DNA from: Oopsacas minuta
Lineage: Eukaryota > Animalia > Porifera
Assembly: GCA_024704765.1 (NCBI GenBank)
Contig: JAKMXF010000349.1
Coordinates: 62,001 to 126,000 of the forward strand
Direction: 5' to 3'
Length of the DNA: 64,000 bases
Each line of letters opens with the position of its first letter. Within the stretch, counting starts at the first letter, position 1. Of the stretch, positions 51,767-63,872 are shown one piece after another. The translations under genes were made by a program, and so were the position numbers. The notes beneath the pieces are model-generated. The model saw only the letters and a list, made by a program, of their open reading frames with translations, was not told where the DNA came from and ran no database searches.

Positions 51767-54700
51767 CACAATATGGGAATATGGGGAAATAGTCATATTT
51801 AAAAAACATATTTCAATGCATTTTTCAAATTCTCCATAGTTCAATTAGTACGAAAATATCATTGGCAGCATTAGAAGCAGTTAGGAATCCTAACTACGCG
51901 CAACTTTGTTGTGTGCTTCTAATAATAGAAATATATATTTTCAAACCGTAAATTCCTATGCCCTAATGTATGTAATCATATTTGATGTAAATACTAAATA
52001 TAAGAGTGTAAAACATCATCTCGTAATAAATCTATATTGTAACAACAATTTAATCATTGATAGGCTAGTCTAGATATTAATTTGTACTTTGTTCCGGGTG
52101 TCTAGTTTGGCCCTCCAAAAGTTATAATTTGGAATTTCTTCTCATTGATTGAAGTGTAGCATCTCTTGTTTGACAAAATTTGACAAAACGTTATTAATAT
52201 ATACGTAATGTTACTATAGTTAGTCAACTATTTAATCACTTTCCAGGCTTGCCAAAAGCTGCCCAAAAATTTATCACTTCATTCATTGTCCGGACCGGAC
52301 AAAAATCCGAAAAATATAATTTCATACGTTTTAAATTTTTCAGTAAAATTCTATATTTTGCTGGTTATTAGTTATTCCAATACTCTACAACCATATATCA
52401 TAATGTTTCTATGTTAGAGTAGCCCTTTTGCGGATCATGTCTGTACTAATCACGAACAACGAGGCATATAGTTTGTATATTTCGAATGGAAGAAGTGTTA
52501 CAGTCTCTGTTAGGAAACTTATTGAGAACAACCATTTATCCGATGAAGAAACTGCTACTCTCCATTTAAAATTTAAATCACTTCTAACATCCAGAGAGGC
52601 TTACCGCAGGAAGGATCTTGAAACATGGGATAACATGATTTTCCACTCTACTCATCTAACAATATCCAATCCAAGAAAGAAAATATCGCTTGATCCTGAA
52701 TTTTCTTTAGTCACTGATTCTGAAAATTGAAACTTTTCAGAACAGATTGTAACTGAATCCCGGAAGCATATTCTCGAATGTCACATGAAGACTTGCAGAT
52801 CGAGACTTGGTGTTCTTTTAGAGCATGTGGACTTTTTAGCAGAGAGAAAAAGATTGAGCCTAAACAACTACTCGCTCTAGCTTTAGAATTAGTCTCAAAT
52901 AACTCATATAACTGTGATACTTTAGAGATGTGCAGAGAAATAATTGATGAGGGATCTTTTAGCGGTGTATTGAACAAAGTACAAATCTCTAAATGTGCTT
53001 ATATATTGGACATCTTAGAAATTGGGGCGAGTAAATACACGAATCTGAAAAGAATTCTCAAAGGTGATGTTAAGCTTCCTTCCTATAAGCTTGTCTCGCA
53101 ATATCGTAGGGAAATAAGCCTAATAAATGAAATGGAAATAGTTAGAGACCCCGAAGCATTGTCAATTGGGACTTGTGTCTCTTATCATTCCATCCTTGGT
53201 CTGACCATTCAACGCTTGCTTTCAAAATTAGACCCAGTTCCTGATTCACACTACCCACTAATAAATTGAGATATCTGATGGATTGGATGGCTCCGGTTGT
53301 CATAAAACCTATAACCAACAAAGCAACAATTCTGTATTAAGCACAAAAACTTGCATTTTGTTCGGATTCAAAGTAATATCAATTACAGACACACTTGGAA
53401 ATGACGTGTTCTATAACAGCTCACCCAACTCTCCGTTCTGCTTTAGGCCAGTAGCACTGATTGCTTTGAAAGAAAAATTTTCCAATGTAAAGCTTATCAT
53501 GAATACAATAGTCAATCCTCAAACAGACCATATCATACAGGATGGGTTATCTCTTATTGGAGGCCATGCACAGGTCGATATAGTCCGTTCTCTTTTTGAT
53601 AACAAAAGTTTAGAATGGGCCCATTCTGGTTTCCCTATTAATACATTAACTAGCGACGCTCGGAAACTTTTTGAAAAGGTTGATGGAAAAGATTATTTGA
53701 AACTCCCATCAAAACAACTTGTTGGTATTACGCATCAGCCAATTTCTAACATCGATATCATAGCTGCGTCTCCTTTGCATGCTTACCTTTGTGTATTCAG
53801 GTGGTTATTGCTGTTGATATACCATCTTGATGCAGGACACAAGGTATGGGCGCCATCAAACTCGAAAGTAAATTCTTCCATGAAACCGGTTCGAACTATA
53901 CTCCAGGAAAATGTCATTTCAGTGTCGATATCCCTTCAAGCTAGGGCGGCACTTCAACCACTGGTAACATTGCGCGAGAGTGCTTTTTAAATAAGAGAAA
54001 CTTTTTGACGGGGGCCACTTCTTCCATTAATCCTTCAGACAAAGTATCATTAGAGAAGATTCAGACAAATCTATCTGTTTGTTAAGACTCCTCAACTGTG
54101 GTGACTTGATTAACTGTGACAAAATGCAAGAATTGTGCAAAGAAACGTACGAATTTATTCTAGTTGAGTACCCATTGGCAAGCATCACTCCATCTTTGCA
54201 CAAGTTACTTGCCCATTCGTTTCAGTTAATAGGTGCTTACAATAATGGTAAGGGATTACAGAACTCTCTGAGGAATGTTTAGAATCCTGCAATAAATTTG
54301 TAAGGCGGTATCGGGAGAATCTTGCAAGAAAAACTTCTTTCACAGATAATGTTAGAGATATTTTAGTTAGGTTGTTATGTTGTAGAGCCCCATCTTAGTA
54401 CAGAATCGTTTGATGTACGCAAAGAAGAAAGGAGAGTTTGCAAATAGCCTCCAAGGATATTATATAATAGTATACTATCAGATAATTTATGATGATAAGT
54501 ATATCCAATAGTCATACATAATTATGGGTCTTTAAATTGTACGTTATCAAATAGCAGAATAGAGACCATGACATGCATGTATTATTGACTTTCATAATAT
54601 CCTCACTAATGAACCACAAGTGTTAAAAATTAGAAAATGTAAGTAATTACGTCATAACTAGGTTTATAGTCGTGCTACTAAAAAATCATTGGTATTTTTG

Positions 54701-54798
54701 AAATCTACAGTGTCGATTTAGTATATGTAAGTATAATTGTGGTGATAATACCGATTCATTTACCTATTTCCCCATTATGGCCATTTTGCCACACTGTG
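51767..54798 (+). mobile_element. Transib element (RAG1-core-related), complete ends, 3032 bp
   Basis: Perfect 5-bp TSD gtatt (51762-66, 54799-803). Termini begin CAC; the right end reads cacagtgtggcaa on the minus strand. Internal Transib-type transposase. Confidence 0.92.
52438..54410 (+). pseudogene. Disrupted Transib/RAG1-core-like transposase
   Basis: SDGLDGSGCHKTYNQ (first Asp), NSSPNSPFCFRP, RSLFDNK (second Asp), ITPSLHKLLAH (Zn-binding His), LSEECLESCNKFVRRYRENLARK (Glu). Frameshifts and stops; the CxxC segment after the second Asp appears deleted. Confidence 0.88.
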
Positions 54799-54898
54799 GT
54801 ATTTGGGCCTGACTCAGACAGTTTTGAGTCTTTGACGAAATTATTGTGCCATTGCGACCTTTTTTGGATTTTCGAAAAATCACATGATTAGCCACACT

Positions 54899-54930
54899 GC
54901 TCAGCGATCTAGCAAGCGAAGGGCGCTAGT
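54899..54930 (+). repeat. Helitron-like 3' terminus motif ending CTAG|T, copy 2
   Basis: 26/32 identical to 50278-50309. Confidence 0.35.
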
Positions 54931-55152
54931 GTTAAATAATTAGCTTGTTTCGAAGATGCTCATCTTGCGAATATATGGATTAAATATAGATATGTATTAA
55001 ATATATTACATTGCCGAGGAGGAGATCAAATGGGGTGGGCGGGGATGATAAACAAGTATATTATTTTATATGGCTATATTGTTTATTGCCACTATTTCCG
55101 TGATTCTAATTTGGTAATTATGAATGGATTCATGAATACTAAATTAATCTTA

Positions 55153-55321
55153 TAGTAAACTATCGTTATAACGAAGAGCTCGATACGCGATACATCTCGT
55201 TGTAAGCAAAGCTAGAGAAGGACCTTTTTCTTTCAACCTATAGTGAATAATGAATCCCTTCTTTATGACTAGAGTTTCGTTATATCAGACAGACTTGGTT
55301 GTAGATAACGGTAGTTGACTG
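55153..55321. mobile_element. 169-bp pogo/Tigger-like MITE
   Basis: TA|tagtaaactatcgttat versus the reverse complement of the right end, cagtcaactaccgttat, with TA flank. Confidence 0.7.
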
Positions 55322-56430
55322 TATCTTAAGATAACACAATAATCGAGCTATGGGGAGCCCTTATAGTCTTCTCCCAGTCGGAATATATGTTGAAGCCACA
55401 ACTCATAAGTCTCATAATCAGTGTGACAAAGTGAAGGCTGGAATATATTCATCTTTATCCCCCAGTGCCCCTCGATTATTGTGGTGTACAATGTGTGCTT
55501 TTAACGGTAGGTTACTATTGAAAATTGTTCCGCGAGACTGTATTTGAATGGCCGTTGTTGCATGAGATCGTTATACTAAGTCCGTTAAGCATATTCCACT
55601 GCACTGCCCTACTGAAAGTCAACGAGTGGGAGAGTATAAAGAGTATACAATCGCAATCAAATTAACATTTGTCATAGTTTCTATATTTCTGAATATCTAA
55701 TTGAAGAAATTTAGCTTTCTCCCAATAATACGTATATACATATTGATTTTAATTGGATTGCGTGGTCCTAAATCACAAAAATGTATGACTAATGTAAGTA
55801 ATGTTACACTAAAAGGCCTGATATATAAACTAGTAAGACACTGGCTTTAAATTATTTGTGTATAGTCATTAACACTTTTTTATACTTGCAATCCTATTAT
55901 GCAATCTAATTATGTTTTTGGGATATATTTATGTAGGCAGGCCTTGGTTATGGTAGCGTAGAGTATGGATAAATGTGGAGATCATGCAATTACTCACTAT
56001 TTTCAGGAGTATAACCTTAGACCTAGGATGCAGGGCTAACAATTAATGCTGATTATATTTCACTCGTCTTGTGCTGTGTGGGTTAATATTGATATTTATC
56101 GTGTCAGATCTTAAAATTTATCCAAACTTTACCAACAAGTATTAAAGTGTTAATGATATCAGACCACGAACTTATCAATCACTCCTCGTAGAATAATTTA
56201 GAATAGCACTAGAAGGCAATATAATAATTATTTGAAAATTTGAAAGTCCCTGGTAATTGCCATCCACGGTCCAGGATTCGAATAGAGTGTCTCTAGGGTC
56301 TAACATACCCACAAAGGTGAAGTCGAACCATGTTACTATTTGGCATACATTGTTGTTTAATATGCAATTTATTTATCCCTTGTGCATTTCAAGCCTCAAT
56401 TAGTTTGATATTATATCTACATATATTTGT

Positions 56431-57021
56431 ATGGCTCAAGCAACCAGAAATATTGATAAATTAAATCTCATCGTTGCTTTTGACAAAAATTATGGAATTG
56501 GTTTGAAGGGCAAACTACCTTGGCCACGATTAGAAACAGATTCATTATATTTTCAAGAAAAGACAACAATTACGTTAGATCCCAATAAGCGCAATGTTCT
56601 TATATCAGGTAGGCTAACTTGGGAATCTATTCCCTTGAGAGCACGCAAAAACATCTATAATAAATGTTTTCGAGTGGTATTGTCAACAACTTTTGAAAAT
56701 GTAGAAGAAGCCGATATCACTTCTAGTTCTCTTAAGAAAGCAATGGACACACTCTCAGCACATCCAGACTACAACTACTTCGAATCATTTTGGATAATTG
56801 GTGGTAGTAAAACTTATCAAGAAGCTCTGGATTCATCATGCTGTCTCAAACTATATACAACTGTATTGAATCAATCTTTTGAATGTGATACATTCTTTCC
56901 ATTAATTAATTGGAGTAATTGGGAGGAAATTAAGGATCCAAGTCTCGGTATACCTAATACAGTCGAAAAGAATATTAGCTATCAATTCAAGATATATACG
57001 AGAATTCATCATATTCACTAA
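56431..57021 (+). CDS. DHFR: Dihydrofolate reductase-like protein (196 aa), intronless, divergent substrate pocket
   Basis: LIVAF..NYGIGLKGKLPWP, YFQ, GR.TWESIP, VVLS, WIIGGSKTYQEAL and ECDTFFP are the standard eukaryotic DHFR motif series; clean ATG-to-stop ORF. Confidence 0.9.
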   Translation: MAQATRNIDKLNLIVAFDKNYGIGLKGKLPWPRLETDSLYFQEKTTITLDPNKRNVLISGRLTWESIPLRARKNIYNKCFRVVLSTTFENVEEADITSSSLKKAMDTLSAHPDYNYFESFWIIGGSKTYQEALDSSCCLKLYTTVLNQSFECDTFFPLINWSNWEEIKDPSLGIPNTVEKNISYQFKIYTRIHHIH

Positions 57022-57439
57022 AACCCTTTCAATCCAAATTCAATATATCTTGTTTATAGTGTAGAATTTTCAAATTGGGTCAACTCAATGGAATGAGTTA
57101 CAGAGTTAATTCTCAAAATAATTCGTTTTCTAATACAGTATACCCTTGCCAATTTGAACAACATTGTTGATAGCAAATATTCGTTCAAGTTAGTTAAGTA
57201 CATTAAAACAACACTATGAGTATATCATTTCAAATGCTTTACAAACGATGAATTTCTGACTGACTAGAAGGTCTAATATGGTATTGTGGATTTATCAGAT
57301 ACAGAATTGGATATATTAGAGTCCTTTTGAAGTTTTTGTAACATTTTCAGTGGTTATATATATAACCTGTAGACGATGTTCTGAGTAGTGAGGGTATACT
57401 CTACAATCTATAGCACTTGGATAACCCAATGCTTGGGAA

Positions 57440-57623
57440 CAGTGTTCCCTCTAATTTTCAGTGTGCAGCATCTGACTGGGGCGCAGCCAAAATTACGGGA
57501 GTATAACCAACTATCCAGAAATACAGGTAGTAATGTGAGAAGTTCAGGCGAATATTCTGGAGTTAAACATTTTAAAACCAATTTTAGGCGGATGCCTCCC
57601 AGGATTTATTAGAGGTAACATTG
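57440..57623. mobile_element. 184-bp hAT MITE
   Basis: TIRs cagtgttccctctaa / caatgttacctctaa; perfect 8-bp TSD cttgggaa. Confidence 0.9.
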
Positions 57624-57929
57624 CTTGGGAATTCAGAAAAATTGCATGCCTAGCTGAACGTAACTGCTATCCGCTTTTAATTACATACTTCTACAATTAA
57701 ATAGATGATGTTTTGTTCAGAAGTGTGCGCTATATACTATTTCGTCTATCAAAATCAACTCCTTTTCTTGCGCGAGTTGAATCAGTTGTTTGTCATCAAA
57801 TGAATGAGACGAAAGAGTTTAGAACACCAATTGGGTTGGTGGTATGGAAAGTAGGTATGTTTCTCCAGTTACTGGGCAGATCTAGTTAAATGACGTACTA
57901 AGGAATTCTAAACACTATGTGAATGTGCT

Positions 57930-60022
57930 CAGGGCCGTCGAGAGCGCGAGCGGGCCCCGGGACATAATTTTTGGATGCGTTCCCCTGATATTTTGTTCGT
58001 TATCGTGAAGTGAATAAACTAAACGCAAACTATCGCATTCGTATTATATATATATTAAAAAATAGAATCCTATTTACAGGGTGTAACGAAAGTGTTGTTA
58101 CCTTTTATTTTCCTATGAAAATCTTAAATATTAATGAACCATACATAGTTTGTTTCCTATACTTTTCTTAAGTATAGTTGTTGTACTTTAGATTATTTCT
58201 GACTACATTAATTACTTATTGTATTCAAATATTTGAATTTTTTTCCAATTTTAGCAATGTTACATTATTTCGTATTAATGGATGTCCGTGATCATGGAGT
58301 CTTGCTTCGTTCTCGAGATATAGGCATGTTAGATGTAGGGCTCACACAGAAGAAAGTGGCCCAAGACTTGAATGTTTCAATCTCTTCGGTGAAACGATTG
58401 TCTAGTTTGTATAAAAAGGTAGTTCATTAGTGACTAAACCTCGTTCAGGGAGGGCTCCTATTTTGAAATGGGCGGATAAAATTCTTATTTCCAAGTCACT
58501 CGGTAAATGCAGGTAATCCACAAGAAAACTTGCACAGAGATTGAAGAATAGAGGCAATCCTATATCTCATATGTGTGTGTATCGTCATTTGACCGAATCT
58601 GTGGTGTTAGGTCTTACAAAAGGCAAGAAATACCTCGATTATCTCAAAAGAACATCCAAGATCGTCTGAGCTTTGCTCGGAAGCATCAAAATTGGACAGT
58701 TAACCACTGGAAAAGGTTCTCTGGCCAGATGAGTCTCCCTTCCAGCTCTTTGCAACGCCGAACAAACAAAATAATCGGGTTGGGCAAAGAATAAGCAATA
58801 TGTTCCTTCGGTCTTTTCAGTTAAGTTTCCAGCAAAGATTCATGTGTGGGGCATGATGTCACATCAGGCACTTTCAGAACTGCATATAATCCCTCAAGGG
58901 CAATCAATAAATAGTGCATACTACGTTAATCAAATTTTGGCCAAGACTTGTATGGAGGCAGTTCACCGTTGTCGAAATAATGGATCGGTTTTAGAGAGGC
59001 CAATGTTAGAAAATATGTCCGAATTCATCTTTATGCAAGATGGTACACCGGCACACACGGCCAATGCAACGCAGAAGTGTTGTCAAGATCATTTAAATGC
59101 TTTCTGGCGTAAGATTGAATGGCCTGGGAACTCCCCTGACTTAAACCTATTGAAAACCTTTGGGGAATAGTGAAAAAGAAGGTTGATGAAGAGGGCCAAA
59201 TCACAAGGAGGGAACAGCTAATAGAAACAGTAAAATCAGCATGGAGAGACATTAGCTCAAGTGTTTTAGAGAATTTAGTAGCTAGCATGCCGGCACGTAT
59301 AAGAATTGCATTAGAACAGATTGTTCATATATAAACCGATAATATTTCGAATCCCTCAATTATATTATAAGTTTTAATGAATTATCTAGGGTATCAACAC
59401 TTTCGTTACACCCTGTACTCTTATATTTTATGAATTTACAAATTGCCTATAGCTATAGGGCTATAGAGTTTATGATGTTAAGTAGTATAAATGAAAAACT
59501 AATACTACAAAGCTAATACTTCCAGAGTTATTGTAGTTAAGAACTGAAAAATATGAAAAATTACGGTCAGTGTAATTAACAGAAAGCTTTGTGTGCCTTC
59601 TTCATTGCAAAATCATTGATTATGTCTTGAAAGTCAATACGCATTTGCAAGTTCAGCCTCGATGGCTAACATTGCGAGATCGTTCAGTCTTCCTGACTCA
59701 TAGTGCTTCTCAGAAAGTTCTTGATGATTTGCAACTTACAGGACCCAAAGATTCATTTCCAAAATTAGCAATATGGATGGCTTTAAGATAAATCGCCTCT
59801 TCTCCCAAATCGTTTTGGGAAATATCATCAGGATACTTCTTTCCAAAGACTGGGTTTCTAGGAAGGATTAAATAACAAAGTTATTACTCTGCCCAGCGAT
59901 GTCTTTATTTTCCCCTTTACTTGTCTACTTAATGCAGCCAATAAAGCCCATGCATACCTTCACAGACAGAATTTCTCGGGCCCCGGGGTAATTACCCCGC
60001 CTACTCCCTCTCGACGGCACTG
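57930..60022 (-). mobile_element. Non-autonomous hAT deletion derivative (~750 bp of its own sequence) hosting a DD37E element
   Basis: TIRs cag[g/t]gccgtcgagag; perfect TSD aatgtgct. Minus-strand hATC fragment KLQIIKNFLRSTMSQE.LNDLAMLAIE...IINDFAMKK at ~59590-59720. Confidence 0.92.
58077..59415 (+). mobile_element. Tc1/mariner-superfamily element with reconstructed DD37E triad, decayed
   Basis: TIRs cagggtgtaacgaaagtgttg[t/a]tacc, TA flanks, 1339 bp. HVWGMMS, FMQDGTPAH...WPGNSPDLN(P)IENLW after restoring one deleted C gives 37 residues between D and E. Confidence 0.85.
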
Positions 60023-60484
60023 AATGTGCTGGTTGGTGGACTCGGATCAGGTATATGTTCAGTCGGTCCTAGGGATTTTAATTGTCGCGGTAATATATAA
60101 TTGGTACATTTTGCCCGAATAATGCATTATTTGTATTTTGACATTCCTCATTTGGTGGCGTAGCAATCCTTGGCATAGCGCTCCGGCATAGGGGTAGAAT
60201 GATTGGGGCAGGTGGCGCATTGATTAGGACAGGTGTCGCAAAATCGGGGTATGTGGAGGGACATCTCCTGTCTCAAAGAAAAATACAAGTGGCGCAAATC
60301 CGCCACTGCTCACAGTCTATATCTACAAAGTATTCCTGGCCAAATGTTTATTTTCCATGCTAAAATGGCGTCATCTGATTGCTTACCTAGCAAATATGCT
60401 AGAAACCTGCTTCAATTTTGAATTATATACAGAGGTCATTAATGGTTACTAATGTATACAATGGGATCAAAGGATGCTTCATTA

Positions 60485-60881
60485 CAGAATATCAAAATTT
60501 TGTCATGATAATGTCAGCAAGTTCCAGGGTTATATTCGTGATCATGGATGACATATTTATGCCAATATTTACCAATTACTAGACAAGGGTGGTGCATTTT
60601 TCAAGACAAAATTTGAATTTGTCAGAATATTCGCAGGATGAATTGTCAGACAGATATATGCTCACTATTCTTTCTGTACTGAAGAGCTTTTGCTTCGTAT
60701 TAGTGTCAGCATTTTTCTTAAAATGTATTATTAGGGTATGGGAAGTTGGGTGTATGCAATATGTCAGATGATTCGCCATAACATTGAATGTTGTCAATTT
60801 ATTGATGAATATTGGTCTAAATATGTCATCCATTGTCACTAGCATATCTGAACATTATCATGACAAATTTTAGATATTGTG
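60485..60881. mobile_element. 397-bp TA-flanked MITE with ~110-bp degenerate TIRs
   Basis: ca[g/c]aatatc.aaa.tttgtcatgataatgt and atggatgacatattta..ccaatatt are both mirrored at the right end; TA on both flanks. Confidence 0.75.
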
Positions 60882-62642
60882 TACAGCAACATCCTTCGAT
60901 CTAATGGTATAAATGTTTTAAGAGTACATGTATGAATTCATCTTTTCAGATTTCAAAACTGGTGCATTTTTCTGACAAATTTGCTAAGTTACCAATCCGA
61001 TCACGTCCTTTTGGCCTAGAAAAAGTTTGTAGATGCTGACTGTGAGTATTGTCAAGTATCAACAATAAATTTATTACTATAAGAATTCCCTAGAACTGAC
61101 TTAACATATCCCTGGCGTAAGTCCATCAATCAGCATCATTCCACTAGTGTATTGCTGCGAATGTACAAATTTATATTGCTTCCCTCTTACCTGGAACACA
61201 TCAGTTATAATGAGTTAAACTCGAAATTTCTATCTATCTCTTAGATAGAAAAACGAGTTGGTAAAATCAATTCATTTTTAATAGGAGTTTGAATTCGTTG
61301 GTTAGGGAAATTTAATTAGTTGTTATGCCAACTCTAAAATTTGGTTGAACTTTGACTTGCAGGGTAACAAATTGCCATAATGAGGGATTTGGCATGTATT
61401 TCTAGTGTGGGAATTGTAATTTTGTTTGAATACAGTACACTCCCTGAACCAAAGTATTGGAACACCACACCACAACACCATTAATGAAACATGTGCCATA
61501 TGGCACATTGCGAGAATATACGTACTGAATAATCTGAAAATATAACAGAAAAGGCGATTTTAATAATAAAAGTAATGATCGAAAGAAGTTCATAGATGTT
61601 TCAAATTATATTTAGCCTATGCAACTAAAGTAAATACATATTTGTGCCATGTGTCAATTATGGCAAAAAGTGTTCCAATACTCTTGGCAAGGGAATGTAT
61701 ATCGATCTTGCGGAATTCAAATAAGATATCGGACTTTTAGTGGCATATCTGTTTTTCAGATTTGATAATTATTCATTATCAATACAGTCGACCCCGCTTG
61801 ATTGTCCCAATTGAGCGAGCCAAGAACGTGTTTTAGTCACCTGGAATTCACTGAGCTTCTGTATGTACCATCAACGTTCAATTGACACTAAACTAGCTGT
61901 AAGTCTTACTGCTACACTATTTTGTTGCATCCAGCTTTTAGCATATCAATAGCTTGCATGCGGACCTCTAAACCATGGCATCGGAATTCATTTTCGAAAT
62001 ATTATAGTTTCAATATATTCAGACACTTTTCAAATTCGGTTAAGATTCAATAGTTGGGTGATGTCCATTAAATCTCCAATCTACTTCTCTAATAAAAATT
62101 CCACTAGTAACGACAGTATTATAATAAGATTATCTTACCAAGAAATGCATTATGATAGTAATCTATACCAGATAACACTCTGTATCAACTTTCTACATGT
62201 TTATGGCTGAATCGTATATAATTTCTGAGGAGAAAATCGTATCTATACATGATTTCGCCCGTGACACTTCAATTATGACATCTGCTTTTCATTAGTACGA
62301 AAGGTATTCGAAGCGATAATCTCTAGATCGCCTAACATATTTTTCGAAAGAACTATTTAGCCAAAAGAATGTTAATAAAGTTTTGTTTTACAAAAACATT
62401 GTCATCTTTTTCAAATTTTCGCCTCGCCATACCCTTCTTAAAATTCAAATGCCTCTGGCTCTGCGGGTTGACAAAATATTACATGAAATTCTACATAATT
62501 TAACCTTCATGTCGCATAACTTTTAGGTAGGTTAATTTAAAGGAGTGCTGAACCTATGCACTCTGATGCAAATCTCGAAATGTAAATATTCAAAAAAACT
62601 GCGTAAACTTCCAACACTCCTATACCGAATGATAATAATTTC

Positions 62643-62974
62643 CTAAGTTATATAATACGCGTATAACGTATAATACGTTATACGTGATCTATTTGTAAGT
62701 ATTATACGTCTAGGTCAATCTCGAAATAGGAGATTTTGACATTTTTAGACTTGTATATATCACCTAATTATCAAGTATTATATAATTTGGTCAACTATGT
62801 TGAAATTTCATATAGTAATTCGAGAACTTCTGTTTTTATGTAAAATATCTATTGAAGGAATCAGCTCAATTGAAGTTACGTCACCAAAATTTGTAGATTG
62901 AACGTATAATACGTATTATGAAATATGTATTATACGTAATACGTCTTCTTTAAAAGACGTATTAAACAACTTAG
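62643..62974. mobile_element. 332-bp MITE with CTAAG termini and perfect 8-bp TSD, copy 2
   Basis: TSD ataatttc on both sides (62635-42, 62975-82); homologous throughout to 44189-44515. Confidence 0.9.
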
Positions 62975-63593
62975 ATAATTTCATCCAAATCAGAAGGGTG
63001 GAAGTGAGCCTGGTCGAATATTAAGCTAACTCCACACTCGTGAAATCTTCAAATTCGATATTGCAAGTGATTGAATAAAGATATAAAGATATTCCCTTGA
63101 GTGAAGTGTGATGGAGTATATTCTGCTTAAAGTAGTTTCAGTTCAAAGTTTCGAACTGATGTTTCTTAGCCTAAATCAAACTGGATCTTGTTATTTTATT
63201 CCTCATCGATTGTTGATGGGAAGTTTTTGATAGATCGATATTATTGTGAAATGCTGAATATTCGCCCGAAACGGGCTTCTAAATATTGATAAATTTTCAG
63301 TTTTATGTCTACTAGTTCCAAATTAGAAATCAATCCTCATAATGATTTATCTCATGAATCGCCTCAAACTGTACAGATAACTTTATATTCTAAAATTCAA
63401 TTTCATAATATAAGTACAGGGAATCACTATTTCGCTAGTACTTTATACAGGAACGTAGGTGTGGCAAATGCCCCACCAATAATTTCCAATTTCTGTTGTC
63501 ACTGATAGGGAGAATGATGCATACCGTGTATAACAATATACCCCGACCAACAATAATTTCTTGTTCCTCCTTCCTTGTTACATGCGGTTTACA

Positions 63594-63872
63594 CTTCCTA
63601 ACTAATATTATTTCCATTTTGTGTGCACTATTTCGAAAAAATAATGATTGACTGTGGAATTTGAGATGTCAGCAATTATTGAGTTGCATGTAGCGGGGAA
63701 ACGTCCCTCAGAAATATTGAAAATCCTGAATATTGCAAAAGGACGTAGAGCATTTATGTACAGGACGGTAAATCGTTATAAGGCAACTAGGGACACTGTA
63801 GAGAAGCCGAAATCTGGTCGTTCATGCTCCGTAACGACCCCAGCTCTCAAGAATGTTTGCGAGAATGCATAC
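63594..63872 (+). pseudogene. 5' fragment of a maT element related to the 17051 copy, interrupted by a Transib insertion
   Basis: Nucleotide similarity to ~17152-17430 (gtcagcaattattgagttgcat...gaatattgcaaaaggacgtagagc); start codon changed to GTG; its own 5' TIR was not seen. Confidence 0.9.

Noticed and set aside
51767-54798. ProtoRAG (RAG1L plus RAG2L) interpretation
   Set aside because: The 3-kb element is filled by one transposase path; I saw no second convergent ORF, kelch-like sequence or N-terminal RING.
61785-61915. Possible pogo-like MITE starting TA|cagtcgaccccgc
   Set aside because: No convincing partner TIR found.
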